DNA of 63,990 nucleotides, filler included. It is 7 parts of 7 records of this genome, joined end to end, with 100 filler letters (N's around TTAATTAATTAA, not from the genome) between each part and the next. Parts side by side here need not be neighbours in the genome. Positions count along the whole stretch, not along the records: positions 47,908 to 56,153 come from SRR20825010_1459; positions 56,254 to 60,395 come from SRR20825010_1466; 5 more parts are not named here. One strand, 5' to 3'. The position numbers and the translations under genes were made by a program. Positions 49,871-60,495 of the stretch are shown one piece after another (position 1 is the stretch's first letter; every line of letters begins with the position of its first letter). The notes under the pieces are model-generated. The model saw only the letters and a program-made list of their open reading frames with translations. It made no database searches and was not told where the DNA came from.

Positions 49871-51343
49871 ATGACCATGACCCCGACAGAATTTGCCGCG
49901 CTGGCTGAGCAGAATTACAACCGTATTCCAGTAACCCGCGAGGTTCTGGCCGACCTCGAAACCCCCCTGTCCTGTTACCTTAAGCTGGCCAGAGGCGCCT
50001 ATTCCTACCTGTTTGAATCCGTTCAGGGCGGCGAGAAATGGGGGCGCTATTCGCTGATCGGCATGCCAGCCACCACCATTCTTAAAGTTTACGGCGATCA
50101 ACTGACCATCGAGCGTGATGGTGAGCAGCTGGTCTCGCGAAACACGGATGACCCCCTTCGGGAAATCGAGGAATTCCAGAGTAGTTACCGGATGCCCGAA
50201 CTGCCGCAACTGCCCCGTTTTACCGGCGGGCTGGTGGGCTATTTCGGCTATGACACCGTTCGTTATATAGAGCCAAGGCTGAAGAAATCCGTACCACCGG
50301 ATGCGCTGGGCACGCCGGATATCTTGCTGATGGTGTCCGACGAAGTGGTGATCTTCGACAACCTGCTGGGGAAGTTGATCCTGGTGGTGCATGAAGACGC
50401 CTCGGAGCCGAACGCCTGGAATCTCGCCCAGACCCGTCTGGATGAGCTCGAGGCCAAACTGGCAAACCCCCTGCCGGATTTACCCCCTCTTAAAATGCAG
50501 GGCAGCGGTCTGCAGGAATCGGCATTTGTATCGAGTTTTGGCGAGCAGAACTTCAAACAGGCGGTCAACAAAATCAAGGACTATGTGCTGGCCGGTGATG
50601 TGATGCAGGTGGTTCCTTCCCAGCGTCTTTCCATGGATTTTGAGGCGGAACCACTCAATCTGTACCGCGCATTGCGCTGCCTGAATCCCTCGCCCTATCT
50701 CTATTATCTGGATATGGATGACTTCCAGATTGCCGGTTCATCGCCGGAAATTCTGGCGCGACTCGAGGATGGCGAGGTGACCGTGAGACCGATTGCCGGC
50801 ACCCGCCGTCGCGGTCACACCCCGGAGGAGGACCGCGCGCTGGAAGCGGACATGCTCGCTGACCCCAAGGAAATTGCCGAGCACCTGATGCTGATCGACC
50901 TGGGCCGTAATGACGTCGGTCGTGTGGCGCAGACGGGCACGGTCAAACTGACCGAAAAAATGTCGGTGGAACGTTACTCCCATGTCATGCACATCATCTC
51001 CAATGTCACCGCACAGGTCATTCCGGGTACCACGGCTATTGATGTGCTTCGGGCTACGCTACCTGCGGGAACCCTGAGCGGTGCACCGAAAATTCGAGCC
51101 ATGGAAATCATCGACGAACTGGAACCGGTCAAGCGCGGTGTTTACGGTGGCGCGGTGGGTTATATCGGTTGGAACGGCAATATGGATACCGCCATTGCCA
51201 TTCGCACGGCGGTGATCAAGGACGGCAAGCTGTACGTGCAGGCCGGTGCCGGCATCGTGGCGGACTCGGTGCCGGAACTGGAGTGGAAGGAAACCATGAA
51301 CAAGGCCCGGGCCATTTTCCGCGCTGCGGATCTGGTGATATGA
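49871..51343 (+). CDS. trpE: Anthranilate synthase component I
   Basis: [63 protein letters not shown]. Confidence 0.97.
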   Translation: MTMTPTEFAALAEQNYNRIPVTREVLADLETPLSCYLKLARGAYSYLFESVQGGEKWGRYSLIGMPATTILKVYGDQLTIERDGEQLVSRNTDDPLREIEEFQSSYRMPELPQLPRFTGGLVGYFGYDTVRYIEPRLKKSVPPDALGTPDILLMVSDEVVIFDNLLGKLILVVHEDASEPNAWNLAQTRLDELEAKLANPLPDLPPLKMQGSGLQESAFVSSFGEQNFKQAVNKIKDYVLAGDVMQVVPSQRLSMDFEAEPLNLYRALRCLNPSPYLYYLDMDDFQIAGSSPEILARLEDGEVTVRPIAGTRRRGHTPEEDRALEADMLADPKEIAEHLMLIDLGRNDVGRVAQTGTVKLTEKMSVERYSHVMHIISNVTAQVIPGTTAIDVLRATLPAGTLSGAPKIRAMEIIDELEPVKRGVYGGAVGYIGWNGNMDTAIAIRTAVIKDGKLYVQAGAGIVADSVPELEWKETMNKARAIFRAADLVI

Positions 51344-51397
51344 GGAGCTCGCTCATCCTACCGGTGGGCGACAACCATACAGGATTGTCTGGGGCAA

Positions 51398-52465
51398 TCA
51401 CCCGGCCAAATCCTCCAGATACCGAACCAGCTTTGGTGTAATTTCCTTGGCGCTGCGGGCCGCACCAATCAGCGTAGCGGAGCCGGGGCTTGCCCAGTCA
51501 CCATAGCCAAACAGCCACAACCGGGGCTCTTTGTCCGCCTGGCTTGCTGTCACCTGAACCTGCCCGTTTTCTTCAATGACACCCAGCGGTTCAAGGTGAT
51601 CGAGCGCTGGCCGAAAACCGGTGCACCAGATGATGGCATCAATTGACTCTGCCGAGCCATCAGGCCATTTAACGCCCGATTCGGTGAAAGTGGCAAACGG
51701 CCTTTGGCTGTGCAGAATGCCCCTGTCCCGGGCCGCCTTCACGGGAGGCACCATGACAATGTCACCGATGCCACCCACGGCCGCACCCTCAGCATCTCCC
51801 TTGAGCCTGGCTGTGGCACGTTCAAACAGAACGCGCCCATCCACTTCATCGGGCAGAAATACCGGTTCTGACTGGGTTACCCAGGTGGCGTCCGCCACCT
51901 CTGCCACTTCGGCAAAAATCTGTGCGCCGGAATTGCCGCTGCCGACTACCAGTACACGCTGATCCCGGAAGTCATCGGGCGTTCGATAGTCTGCGGAGTG
52001 AAGCTGTTTGCCCCGGTATTTTTCTTGCTCGGGATAGTCGGGAACATAAGGGTGACTCCAGGTGCCGGTGGCGCTGGCCACGGTGCGTGCACGCCACTGG
52101 TACTTGCCACCGGACACCCGCAAGCAGTTATTGTCCTCCTCTCGGGTTACGCTGCTGACCTGGTGGGGGCGATACACCGGTAGTGCGTAGTGCTGTTCAT
52201 ACCTGGCCAGATAAGCCAGCACGTTGTCACGATGGGGATAACCTTTCGTGTCGTCGTCCTGCTGCATCATGATACCCGGTAGTGAACTGTAGGCTGCCGG
52301 TGAGAAAAGGCGCAATGAATCCCAGGTATGTTGCCAGGCACCTCCGGGCCTGCCTTGATTGTCGAGAATAATGAAATCCAGTTTGGCTCTTTTCAGAAAG
52401 TAGCCAACGGCGAGCGCCGCCTGACCGCCGCCAATGATCACAACGTCGAATACTTTTGTGCTCAT
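51398..52465 (-). CDS. arsO: Flavin-containing monooxygenase, ArsO-like
   Basis: GGGQAAL, WDSLRLFSP, ATG, LHSADY, GSGNSGAQI, WCTGFRPAL, GSATLIG; ars-gene context. Confidence 0.75.
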   Translation of the reverse strand: MSTKVFDVVIIGGGQAALAVGYFLKRAKLDFIILDNQGRPGGAWQHTWDSLRLFSPAAYSSLPGIMMQQDDDTKGYPHRDNVLAYLARYEQHYALPVYRPHQVSSVTREEDNNCLRVSGGKYQWRARTVASATGTWSHPYVPDYPEQEKYRGKQLHSADYRTPDDFRDQRVLVVGSGNSGAQIFAEVAEVADATWVTQSEPVFLPDEVDGRVLFERATARLKGDAEGAAVGGIGDIVMVPPVKAARDRGILHSQRPFATFTESGVKWPDGSAESIDAIIWCTGFRPALDHLEPLGVIEENGQVQVTASQADKEPRLWLFGYGDWASPGSATLIGAARSAKEITPKLVRYLEDLAG

Positions 52466-52596
52466 TTATACTCCTTTTGGTTGGTGGCGCTCATCCCGCT
52501 CCCTATTTCCCGGACAGTGTTCGGCAAGGCGGACGACTCATACTGCAAGGTAATATGCTGGATACCGAAATGTCGACTGATCACATCAGCGGCCAT
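52462..52596 (-). pseudogene. Possible 3' remnant of a cation diffusion facilitator (CzcD/ZitB-like) gene
   Basis: Manual translation MAADVISRHFGIQHITLQYESS...; its TGA overlaps the arsO ATG; an in-frame stop lies just upstream. Confidence 0.4.
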
Positions 52597-52814
52597 TGGC
52601 CATCAGGTAGGGTGCGAGGCGCATGTTTTTCCGGCCGCCGGCTATAATGCAGTGAGTGAAACCGACAGCGACCTCCTGAAACGCGCTGACAATAGCCGCT
52701 AGGTTTCAATCCGGATCTCTTCATATCAGCACTTCTCACAATAAAACCCCAGGCAGCGCAACAGGTCTCCCGTCAGCAAGATAAACAATGCCAGGCATAC
52801 TCGGCTCCGGGAAC

Positions 52815-53168
52815 CTATGAATCTCTGGGAGCCTGACGGACGCCCAGTTGCCGCTGCAGGGAGTCCACCTGTTGGCGCAGTTCCCGCAGCTGGGCCATTA
52901 AGTCCATGGCAACCGCAACGCCTTGCCAGTCGAGCTCAAGCTCACGTCTCAGGCGCAGGGCCTGATGCAGCGCCGGCACCGCCGTTGTTTGAAACCGCCA
53001 CTGGTCCGATGCAACGACCGAGGGTGTTATCAGCCCGATATCCACCAGTTCAATCAACAGTGGCGGCTCCAAACCGCAGCGCTCACAGAGCTCGTTCAGA
53101 CTCAGCCAGGCCTCCGTCTCAGACAGTTGATGTTCCTCGATAACGATGGTGGTAATGTCAGCACTCAT
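52815..53168 (-). CDS. cbpM: Chaperone modulator CbpM
   Basis: LNELCERC, LVDIGLI, RLRRELELDWQGVAVAMDL; ATGA overlap with cbpA. Confidence 0.88.
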   Translation of the reverse strand: MSADITTIVIEEHQLSETEAWLSLNELCERCGLEPPLLIELVDIGLITPSVVASDQWRFQTTAVPALHQALRLRRELELDWQGVAVAMDLMAQLRELRQQVDSLQRQLGVRQAPRDS

Positions 53169-54124
53169 AACCATTTCTCCAGCGATTTCCTCGGATTGAA
53201 TGAAGCTTCCTCTTCGGCCAATTCCCGGTACAGCGTTTCAGCTTTGGACGAATGCCGGGATGGCAATGTTATCTGTACATTGACGATCAGGTCTCCGGCC
53301 GGGTTTCGGCCCAACCCTCGCCCCTTGAGCCGGAGCTTTTTACCGCTGACCGAGTCTTTAGGAATGGTCAGCCTGACCGCACCTGTCGTGGTCGGCACTT
53401 CCACCTTGGCACCCAGTGCGGCCTCCCAGGGGGCAACCGGCAAGGTCAGTAAAATATCCCGGCCGTCAACGGCAAATAGTGGGTGCGGCACCAACTCGAT
53501 TTCCAGGAACAGATCACCGGCCGCCCCCTCCCCGTAACCGGGGGCACCCTGGCCGGCCAGGCGAATATGCTGCCCGGAAACCACACCGGCAGGAATCTTT
53601 ACATTGAGGGTTTTGGTTTTAGCGTGCAGATGACCCTGGGCGTCGACGGTCGGCACCTCCAGCGTGAGGGTTCGCTGCACACCCTGAACCGCCTCTTCCA
53701 GAAACAAGGCTAACCGGTAATGCAGGTCCTGGCCCCGGTGGCTGAAAGAGGAGGCCCGGTCGTGAGCTCCGCTCGGCCGGTATCCGTCAGCCCCGGCCCC
53801 GCCAGTGCCAAAAACAGATTCAAAAAAGTCACTGAATCGGCGGCTGGCTTCCTCTTGGCTCATATCTGCGCCAGCCTCTGCCCCTCCCCGCTGCCTGCCC
53901 CCGGCGGCGCGCAGGGCTCTGATCTGATCGTACTCGGCGCGTTTTTCGGCATCGCTGAGCACCGCATAGGCCTCTCCGATGTCTTTAAACTGCGCCTCAG
54001 CATCCGGTTCTTTGCTGACATCGGGATGAAACTTTCGAGCCAGTTTGCGATAGGTCTGTTTTATCTCGGTCGGTGAGGCCTGTTCGTCCACGCCCATCAC
54101 CTTGTAATAGTCTTTGAAATCCAT
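53165..54124 (-). CDS. cbpA: DnaJ-class chaperone CbpA
   Basis: J-domain with HPD, no zinc finger, LPVAPWEAALG C-terminal domain. Confidence 0.9.
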   Translation of the reverse strand: MDFKDYYKVMGVDEQASPTEIKQTYRKLARKFHPDVSKEPDAEAQFKDIGEAYAVLSDAEKRAEYDQIRALRAAGGRQRGGAEAGADMSQEEASRRFSDFFESVFGTGGAGADGYRPSGAHDRASSFSHRGQDLHYRLALFLEEAVQGVQRTLTLEVPTVDAQGHLHAKTKTLNVKIPAGVVSGQHIRLAGQGAPGYGEGAAGDLFLEIELVPHPLFAVDGRDILLTLPVAPWEAALGAKVEVPTTTGAVRLTIPKDSVSGKKLRLKGRGLGRNPAGDLIVNVQITLPSRHSSKAETLYRELAEEEASFNPRKSLEKWL

Positions 54125-54139
54125 AAAGACAGCTGTCTC

Positions 54140-54408
54140 CCTTGAATAATCGAACCTGCCGTGCCTCCTACCGAGCCAAGGAACAAGCGGATCAGTTTCT
54201 GCCCGGTTCCACCGTGGCTACCCGTGCGACAAACCGTGCCGTATTGCTTCACGTTTCCGTCCAGTAGTTCAAGACGGAGCTCAGCCTCGTCGCTGTCCAC
54301 CAGCGTTTCATGGTCAAGGGGCTCCATCTTTGGCGGTTCAGCCTCATGAACCAGACCCGGTACTTCATTAGAATAGCACTCAAAAAAGTGCAGTGCGGGC
54401 GATTCCAT
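54140..54408 (-). pseudogene. Possible degenerate universal stress protein remnant
   Basis: ORF 54097..54408 contains GSHGGTGQKLIRLFLGSV, resembling the USP G-S-H-G...LGSV motif; the rest is not USP-like. Confidence 0.35.
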
Positions 54409-54434
54409 CGAATCAGTGATGTCCCGGGTTGACG

Positions 54435-55532
54435 CTATGGCCCTGGATAGGTGTTCGCTTTGGTCGTGGGAAACCAGCTACTGGTCCGGTTGGCGAAGGC
54501 TACCAGCGAGAGCATTACCGGCACTTCCACCAGCACACCGACCACGGTCACCAGCGCTGCGCCGGAGTTGAGTCCGAACAGGCCGATGGCAACTGCTACT
54601 GCCAGCTCAAAGAAGTTGGAGGTACCGATCAGGGCGCAGGGCGCGGCAACATTGAACGGTACTCGCCAGAAATAGGCCGCTGCGTAAGCGATGGCAAAAA
54701 TACCGTAGGACTGGATCAGCAGAGGTACGGCAATCAGCGCAATCAGCAGGGGTTGATCAAGAATAATCTGCCCCTGAAAACCGAACAGCAGTACTACGGT
54801 TGCCAGCAGCCCCAACACCGATAGTGGCTTAATGCGTGAGGTAAAGCGTGAGACCTGGGCTTCACCTTCAACCCCGGGACTGGAGTTGCGGATCAGGTGC
54901 ATCCTGGTGAGGGTGCCTGCCACCAGGGGAATGACCACATACAGCACTACCGACAATAGCAGCGTCTCCCAGGGTACGCTGATGTCGGTAACGCCCAATA
55001 GCAGGGCGACGATCGGTGCGAAGGCAAAAATCATGATGACGTCGTTGAGAGACACCTGCACCAGAGTATAGGTGGCATCCCCCCGGGTCAGTTGTGACCA
55101 GATAAATACCATCGCCGTGCAGGGGGCGGCGCCCAGCAAAATCATGCCGGCGATGTACTGGCTGGCGTTGGCGGGGTCGATCAGGTCGGCGAAGACAAAC
55201 TCAAAGAACAAGACGCCCAATGCGGCCATGGTGAAGGGTTTGAGCAGCCAGTTGACCACCAGGGTGATCACCATGCCCTTGGGCCGTTCGTGGATGCGCT
55301 TGAGACTGGTGAAATCCACCGATACCATCATCGGGTAAACCATGAACCAGATCAGCACCGCCACGATAAAATTGACCGAGCCGTACTCCAGCCCGGCGAG
55401 TTGCTGGAAGGTGTCCGGCAGCAGGGTTCCCAACGTCAGCCCGGCAATAATGCAGAGCAGTACCCACAGTGACAGGTAGCGCTCAAACAGGCTGAGTGGA
55501 GACGCGGGTTTGCTGGACGAAGCTTCTGTCAT
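54435..55532 (-). CDS. acr3: ACR3-family arsenite efflux transporter
   Basis: [56 protein letters not shown]. Confidence 0.93.
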   Translation of the reverse strand: MTEASSSKPASPLSLFERYLSLWVLLCIIAGLTLGTLLPDTFQQLAGLEYGSVNFIVAVLIWFMVYPMMVSVDFTSLKRIHERPKGMVITLVVNWLLKPFTMAALGVLFFEFVFADLIDPANASQYIAGMILLGAAPCTAMVFIWSQLTRGDATYTLVQVSLNDVIMIFAFAPIVALLLGVTDISVPWETLLLSVVLYVVIPLVAGTLTRMHLIRNSSPGVEGEAQVSRFTSRIKPLSVLGLLATVVLLFGFQGQIILDQPLLIALIAVPLLIQSYGIFAIAYAAAYFWRVPFNVAAPCALIGTSNFFELAVAVAIGLFGLNSGAALVTVVGVLVEVPVMLSLVAFANRTSSWFPTTKANTYPGP

Positions 55533-55598
55533 CGAGGGTACTCTTTAGCTGGAAAATTAGTTGGAAAATGTTGTGGCGCTCAACCGGTCAATGGCACT

Positions 55599-55829
55599 TC
55601 AGCCCAGTAGCGCCCTGACCTCATCGGCAGACGACACCTTACCTTCAACAACAATATTGCCGTCGATGGCCAGTGCCGGGGTGCGCATGATACCGGCATC
55701 GATAATGGCGTTGGTGTCAGTGATTTTCTCCACCTCATAGGTCAGATTCAGAGAAGTCGCGGCAGCTTCGGCATTGGCTGCGAGCTGTTTGCACTTGGCG
55801 CAGCCTGAGCCATAAATGGTAAATTTCAT
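55599..55829 (-). CDS. Small thioredoxin-like redox protein (MTH895/TM0996 type)
   Basis: GSGCAKC, IMRTPALAIDG. Confidence 0.88.
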   Translation of the reverse strand: MKFTIYGSGCAKCKQLAANAEAAATSLNLTYEVEKITDTNAIIDAGIMRTPALAIDGNIVVEGKVSSADEVRALLG

Positions 55830-55885
55830 GGGTTGTTGCTCCTGTCTTGTGGTTGAGAAATGTCGTCGAAAATGGTTTCGGCGCC

Positions 55886-56153
55886 TTACCAGAAGTTGCC
55901 GTAGATGACGCCCGTGGTTGTTGCCATGACCACCACCAGGCCACAGTACACCAGCGTTTTCTGTGTGCCGAGCACTGTGCGGATCACCAGCATGTTGGGT
56001 AGCGACAGGGCCGGTCCGGCCAGCAGCAGCGCCAGGGCGGGTCCCTTGCCCATACCGGCACCCATCAGAGCATCGACAATTGGCACTTCGGTGAGTGTTG
56101 AAAAGTACATCAGTGCGCCTAGGACGGAGGCAATTATTGTTGATGTCAGGGAG
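55886..56153 (-). CDS. ArsP/DUF318-family permease, 5' truncated
   Basis: GALMYFSTLTEVPI, GPALALLLAGPALSLPNM. Confidence 0.85.
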
Positions 56154-56253
56154 NNNNNNNNNNNNNNNNNNNNNNNNNNNNNNNNNNNNNNNNNNNNTTA
56201 ATTAATTAANNNNNNNNNNNNNNNNNNNNNNNNNNNNNNNNNNNNNNNNNNNN
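56154..56253. other. Artificial contig spacer
   Basis: 44 N + TTAATTAATTAA + 44 N. Confidence 0.98.
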
Positions 56254-56293
56254 TCTCCTAAAGAGGCGGGGTTTTTTATTTGCGCGCTCACTT

Positions 56294-57556
56294 TTACTTG
56301 TTCAATGCGCTGCAGTTTGATCCCACCGAGACCAGTACTTTGCCAAGTGCGGGAATGGTGCGTGGGTCGAGCGATTTGCCTGTATTCAAGAAAGCAACCG
56401 AGATTTCGCGCGCTGGGTCTGCCCAGGTAACAATATTGATTAGACCTAGGTGGCCATATGCCTGGCGTGCCTTGATGCCGAACAATGAAAATACACTTTC
56501 CCCCAGCATGAAACCGGTTGAAAAGCGAATTGGAATCATCAGGGTTTGATCAAGCCTAATGGGCCCAACTGGTTTTGTTGCCGACTCAATGGTGCTGGTT
56601 TCAAAGACTTTTTTGCCCTTGTATTCTCCGCCATCGAGCATCATCTGGTAAAAGCGGCTGACCTCATCTGCTGTTCCGTAAATGTTGCCAGCTGGTATTC
56701 TTGCGTTCATGAATTCTGGGGTGTTCGAGATGCTGGCAATTTTTTCAAAGTCAATATTCAAGGCCCGTTTTGCGAGAATATTGATTGGGAAAATTGGCAG
56801 TGCTCCGGTGCTGTAGTTGAATGCAGCCAGTTCTTGGTGCGTTTTATCAAGTCCGTAAGTTAGGTATTTCGCGCCCAATGGTTTGGCAATAAATTCATGT
56901 AAACATTGTTCAACAGATTTCCCGGTGATGCGCTTGATTAGTTCGCCAAGGATGTAGCCCCCGACAATCGCATGATAAGCCTGCTGGTTGCCATCGCCAT
57001 GGTTGGTGTAGCCGGAGTTAATCAAGTCGATCACGCTTTCCCATTTAAACAGAAGTGATGGGTGTGGATTGGAGATCGGAATTTGCGGTACGCCGGCACG
57101 GTGGGACAAGACCTGCGAAATGGTGATGTTCTCTTTGCCATTGCAGGAAAATTCCGGGATATGGCTTCCCACTGTGTCATTTAGACTCAATTTCCCCTGT
57201 TCCTGTAGTTTGTGCACGAGCATTGCTGTGATTGCTTTGGATGCAGAGAACAGGCAAACGGGGGTGTCTGGCGTCATCAATACCTGATCAACGTCTTGAT
57301 CGGGGTGGTTTGGAGGCGGATTGCCGCGTGCATGCCCGATGGACCGTTTCAGCACAATTTCACCCTGCCGGCGAATAACCATCGTCATACCAGGTTGCAG
57401 TCCGGTTCGGTAAAAACTTTCCACGCTATTCCATATGGCTTCCACGTTGTCGCGCGTCATGCTGACATCGTATGGGCTGATTTCTGATTTTGAGTCTATT
57501 TGCGTGACAGAAACTATGTTTCTTGGAACATGAACCGTATTTGTTTTTTTGAACAT
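56294..57556 (-). CDS. Beta-lactamase-family serine hydrolase (esterase-like)
   Basis: FSASK (SxxK), LSHRAG, YHA, YGHLG, WADP. Confidence 0.88.
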   Translation of the reverse strand: MFKKTNTVHVPRNIVSVTQIDSKSEISPYDVSMTRDNVEAIWNSVESFYRTGLQPGMTMVIRRQGEIVLKRSIGHARGNPPPNHPDQDVDQVLMTPDTPVCLFSASKAITAMLVHKLQEQGKLSLNDTVGSHIPEFSCNGKENITISQVLSHRAGVPQIPISNPHPSLLFKWESVIDLINSGYTNHGDGNQQAYHAIVGGYILGELIKRITGKSVEQCLHEFIAKPLGAKYLTYGLDKTHQELAAFNYSTGALPIFPINILAKRALNIDFEKIASISNTPEFMNARIPAGNIYGTADEVSRFYQMMLDGGEYKGKKVFETSTIESATKPVGPIRLDQTLMIPIRFSTGFMLGESVFSLFGIKARQAYGHLGLINIVTWADPAREISVAFLNTGKSLDPRTIPALGKVLVSVGSNCSALNK

Positions 57557-57673
57557 AAAAGTGGTTTGTCTCGTGGTAATTAGTATTGGTGTAACTTCCA
57601 AGTATCATTCCAAGGCAAACCTGTGGTCAATCCAGATTTTAGGGTCAAGTCTCTATGAGAGTGTGAGCGGGCG

Positions 57674-58594
57674 CTATGGCTTGGATGCCTTTGTTGTGTG
57701 TTTTGGCTCGTGAATGGTTTTGATGAACTGCTCAATCGGCTTTGCTGTACTGCCTTTGAAAAAAAGCAGGGGTGACAGTGTGCCGACTAGAGTGACGTGA
57801 TCGGTGCCTTCGACACTTTGAAATGTGGATGTGTTTCCAGCTGCCTTTAGCGCTTGATGAAGCGCTTCGCTGTTTCGTTCGACGCTAACGAGGGTGTCTG
57901 TTTCCGGGGCAAGTATTAGCGTGGGTGGATGTGGCAGTTTGACGTAATCAATAGGCTGGGATTGTGGTGGGTAGTTGGGGTGCTCGAAAACAGGTCTTAC
58001 TTCTGTGTCTTTGATTGGGTAGATGTTGTAGGCGCCTGCCAGGCCGATCAACCCCTTGATAGAGTCGGTGTGTGACATGCCTGCGCCATTGAGCCAGCGG
58101 GCATCCAGTGCCAGCATGGCGGCGTTGTATGCGCCTGCACTGTGACCCATCATGATGTATTTTGCGGCGGGTTTGTATTTTTGATATTCCTGCTTGCCAA
58201 GTTCAATTTTCAGGTGGGCGATGCTTCTTGCTCCATCCTCTAGAAAATCTGGATATTTGACTTCCGGGTACAGGCGATAGTTGGGCACGGCTGTGATGTA
58301 GCCCATGGATGCGAGGCGTCGACCTACAAATTCGTATTCGGATTTGTCGCCCCGATTCCAGCTTCCGCCATAGAAAAATACGATAACGGGCGTGCTGGCC
58401 AATTCCTGGTTGGGGGTGTCTGGCAGATACAAATCGTATTTAAGTTTTGGGTGTTCCCCGAAGGACAGGTTTTCTTTCACGTCGACGGTGTAAATTTTCG
58501 AGAGTGAATTGACCACCTGTAGGGCTGAACAACCGCCCAATAGAAGCACGGGCAGGACTTTTAGTGCACGAAGCAGGGATTTTGTTGATTTCAT
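57674..58594 (-). CDS. Alpha/beta hydrolase lipoprotein (esterase)
   Basis: LLGGC lipobox, YGGSW, NYRLYP, GHSAG. Confidence 0.88.
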   Translation of the reverse strand: MKSTKSLLRALKVLPVLLLGGCSALQVVNSLSKIYTVDVKENLSFGEHPKLKYDLYLPDTPNQELASTPVIVFFYGGSWNRGDKSEYEFVGRRLASMGYITAVPNYRLYPEVKYPDFLEDGARSIAHLKIELGKQEYQKYKPAAKYIMMGHSAGAYNAAMLALDARWLNGAGMSHTDSIKGLIGLAGAYNIYPIKDTEVRPVFEHPNYPPQSQPIDYVKLPHPPTLILAPETDTLVSVERNSEALHQALKAAGNTSTFQSVEGTDHVTLVGTLSPLLFFKGSTAKPIEQFIKTIHEPKHTTKASKP

Positions 58595-58680
58595 GGAATG
58601 CTTGAGGGCGATGCGCGAACAATGCGTGAGTGAAAATGAACGCTTAATATAAAACACAATTTCAATGCGGGGTGAGGAAG

Positions 58681-59742
58681 ATGCAAACGATTGATTCAAG
58701 CAAGCCGGTCTGTGTGACGGGTGCGTCTGGTTATATTGCCAGTTGGATTGTGAAATATCTATTAGAGCGTGGTTTCACGGTTCATGCGACTGTTCGGGAT
58801 TCGGGTAAGGCGAGTTCTGTTGCTCATTTGTGGAAGGCTGCGCAGGGGGCCGCCGGCAAACTGGTGTTGTTTGATGCTGATTTGATCAAGCCGGGCAGTT
58901 TCAAAGCGGCCATTGAGGGTTGTGAGCTTGTGATTCATACGGCTTCGCCTTTTGTGATCCGTGGTCTCACAGATCCTTACGAGGCACTGGTTCGCCCCGC
59001 GGTGGAGGGAACGGAAAATGTTCTTGATTCGTGCAACGCGGTTCAGTCGGTCAAGCGTGTGGTGCTGACCAGTTCGGTGGCGTCCATTTATGGCGATGCG
59101 ATCGAGATTTTGAAGGCGCCTGGTGGCGTGTTCACGGAAAAATTGTGGAACAACACCAGTAGTGAAAAGCATCAGCCGTATTCATATTCCAAAGTGATGG
59201 CGGAGCGCAAAGCCTGGAATATTTGTCAGAAGCAGAGCCGCTGGGACTTGGTGACAATTAACCCAAGTTTGGTGATGGGCCCTTCGCTGACTACCCAAAC
59301 GCAATCAACCAGTATTGATGTGATGCGGGACTTGGGTAACGGCAGGCAACGCACTGGGGTGCCTATGTTGGAATTCGGTATTGTGGATGTGCGTGAAGTT
59401 GCCACAGCACACATTTTGGCGGGCTTGAATTCGAGTGCGGAGGGAAGGTTTGTTTTGAGTGCATACACGGCCAGTTTGTTGCAAATGGCGATTATTTTGC
59501 GAACCCGTTTTCCACAATATCCTTTGCCCACCCGGCAATTACCCAAGTTTTTGGTGAAACTGGTGGCGCCGATTGCCGCTGGGGTAAGCCGTGAGTTTGT
59601 TCAGAAGAATGTGGGATACGCTTTGCGTTTTGACAATTCTCGTTCAAAGGATGTACTGGACGTGCAGTATCGGCCGCTGACTGAAACGTTGTGTGATCAT
59701 TTTCAGCAAATGATTGATGATGGTTTGCTGAAGCGGCGTTAA
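58681..59742 (+). CDS. NAD-dependent epimerase/dehydratase family (aldehyde/dihydroflavonol reductase-like)
   Basis: TGASGYIA, HTASP, TSSVASI, YSYSK. Confidence 0.88.
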   Translation: MQTIDSSKPVCVTGASGYIASWIVKYLLERGFTVHATVRDSGKASSVAHLWKAAQGAAGKLVLFDADLIKPGSFKAAIEGCELVIHTASPFVIRGLTDPYEALVRPAVEGTENVLDSCNAVQSVKRVVLTSSVASIYGDAIEILKAPGGVFTEKLWNNTSSEKHQPYSYSKVMAERKAWNICQKQSRWDLVTINPSLVMGPSLTTQTQSTSIDVMRDLGNGRQRTGVPMLEFGIVDVREVATAHILAGLNSSAEGRFVLSAYTASLLQMAIILRTRFPQYPLPTRQLPKFLVKLVAPIAAGVSREFVQKNVGYALRFDNSRSKDVLDVQYRPLTETLCDHFQQMIDDGLLKRR

Positions 59743-60395
59743 ATGCTTATCAAGCCCTGCTCCCAAAGATGCAGGGCTTTTTTTCGTGTGCCGCTCCAGC
59801 GGTATTGTCCCAGTTCGCCTGTGGCTTGAATGACTCGGTGGCACGGAATGAGGTAGCCAATCGGATTTTTGGCAATGGCGCTGCCCACTGCGCGGCTTGC
59901 TCTGGGTTTGCCGATGTGTTGCGCGATTTGTTGATAGCTGGCCAGGAATCCGGGCGGCAAGTGCAACAGGGCTTGCCAAACCTGTAGCTGAAATGGTGTG
60001 CCGCGCAGCTGCAGTGTGAGTGGATTTGTTTCGCGGTTGTTGGTTGAAAAAATCTGCTTGATTGTGGTGTGCGCTGTTGCTTCCGATTCTTGTAGCTGGG
60101 CTTTGGGGTAAAGCTGTTTGATGCCGGCCCGCCATTGCTGGTAAGTCAGGGCTTCTGTTTCAAACTCAAGGCTGTTGATGCCTTTTGAGGTGAGGCAAAT
60201 AAAGGTTTCGCCGAAAGGGCTGGTCGCGTGGCCGATGGTAAAAATTTGACCTTCCCCAAGCTGTTTGATTTCACCAGGGGTGAGCGCTTCGAACTTAAGC
60301 ATCAATTGATGCAGTTTGCTGGTGCTTTTGTAGCCCAGTTCAAGCGATGTCGACAGGATGGAATGGCCCGTCTGTAACAGTGCTCGGGCGTGGTC
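59739..60395 (-). CDS. AraC-HTH plus methylated-DNA-protein-cysteine methyltransferase (Ada/Ogt-like), 5' truncated
   Basis: The frame stays open to the contig end with the AraC-like segment SILSTSLELGYKSTSKLH; GTPFQLQVW, RAVGSA, IPCHRVI. Confidence 0.88.
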   Translation of the reverse strand, partial: DHARALLQTGHSILSTSLELGYKSTSKLHQLMLKFEALTPGEIKQLGEGQIFTIGHATSPFGETFICLTSKGINSLEFETEALTYQQWRAGIKQLYPKAQLQESEATAHTTIKQIFSTNNRETNPLTLQLRGTPFQLQVWQALLHLPPGFLASYQQIAQHIGKPRASRAVGSAIAKNPIGYLIPCHRVIQATGELGQYRWSGTRKKALHLWEQGLISI

Positions 60396-60495
60396 NNNNN
60401 NNNNNNNNNNNNNNNNNNNNNNNNNNNNNNNNNNNNNNNTTAATTAATTAANNNNNNNNNNNNNNNNNNNNNNNNNNNNNNNNNNNNNNNNNNNN
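60396..60495. other. Artificial contig spacer
   Basis: 44 N + TTAATTAATTAA + 44 N. Confidence 0.98.
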
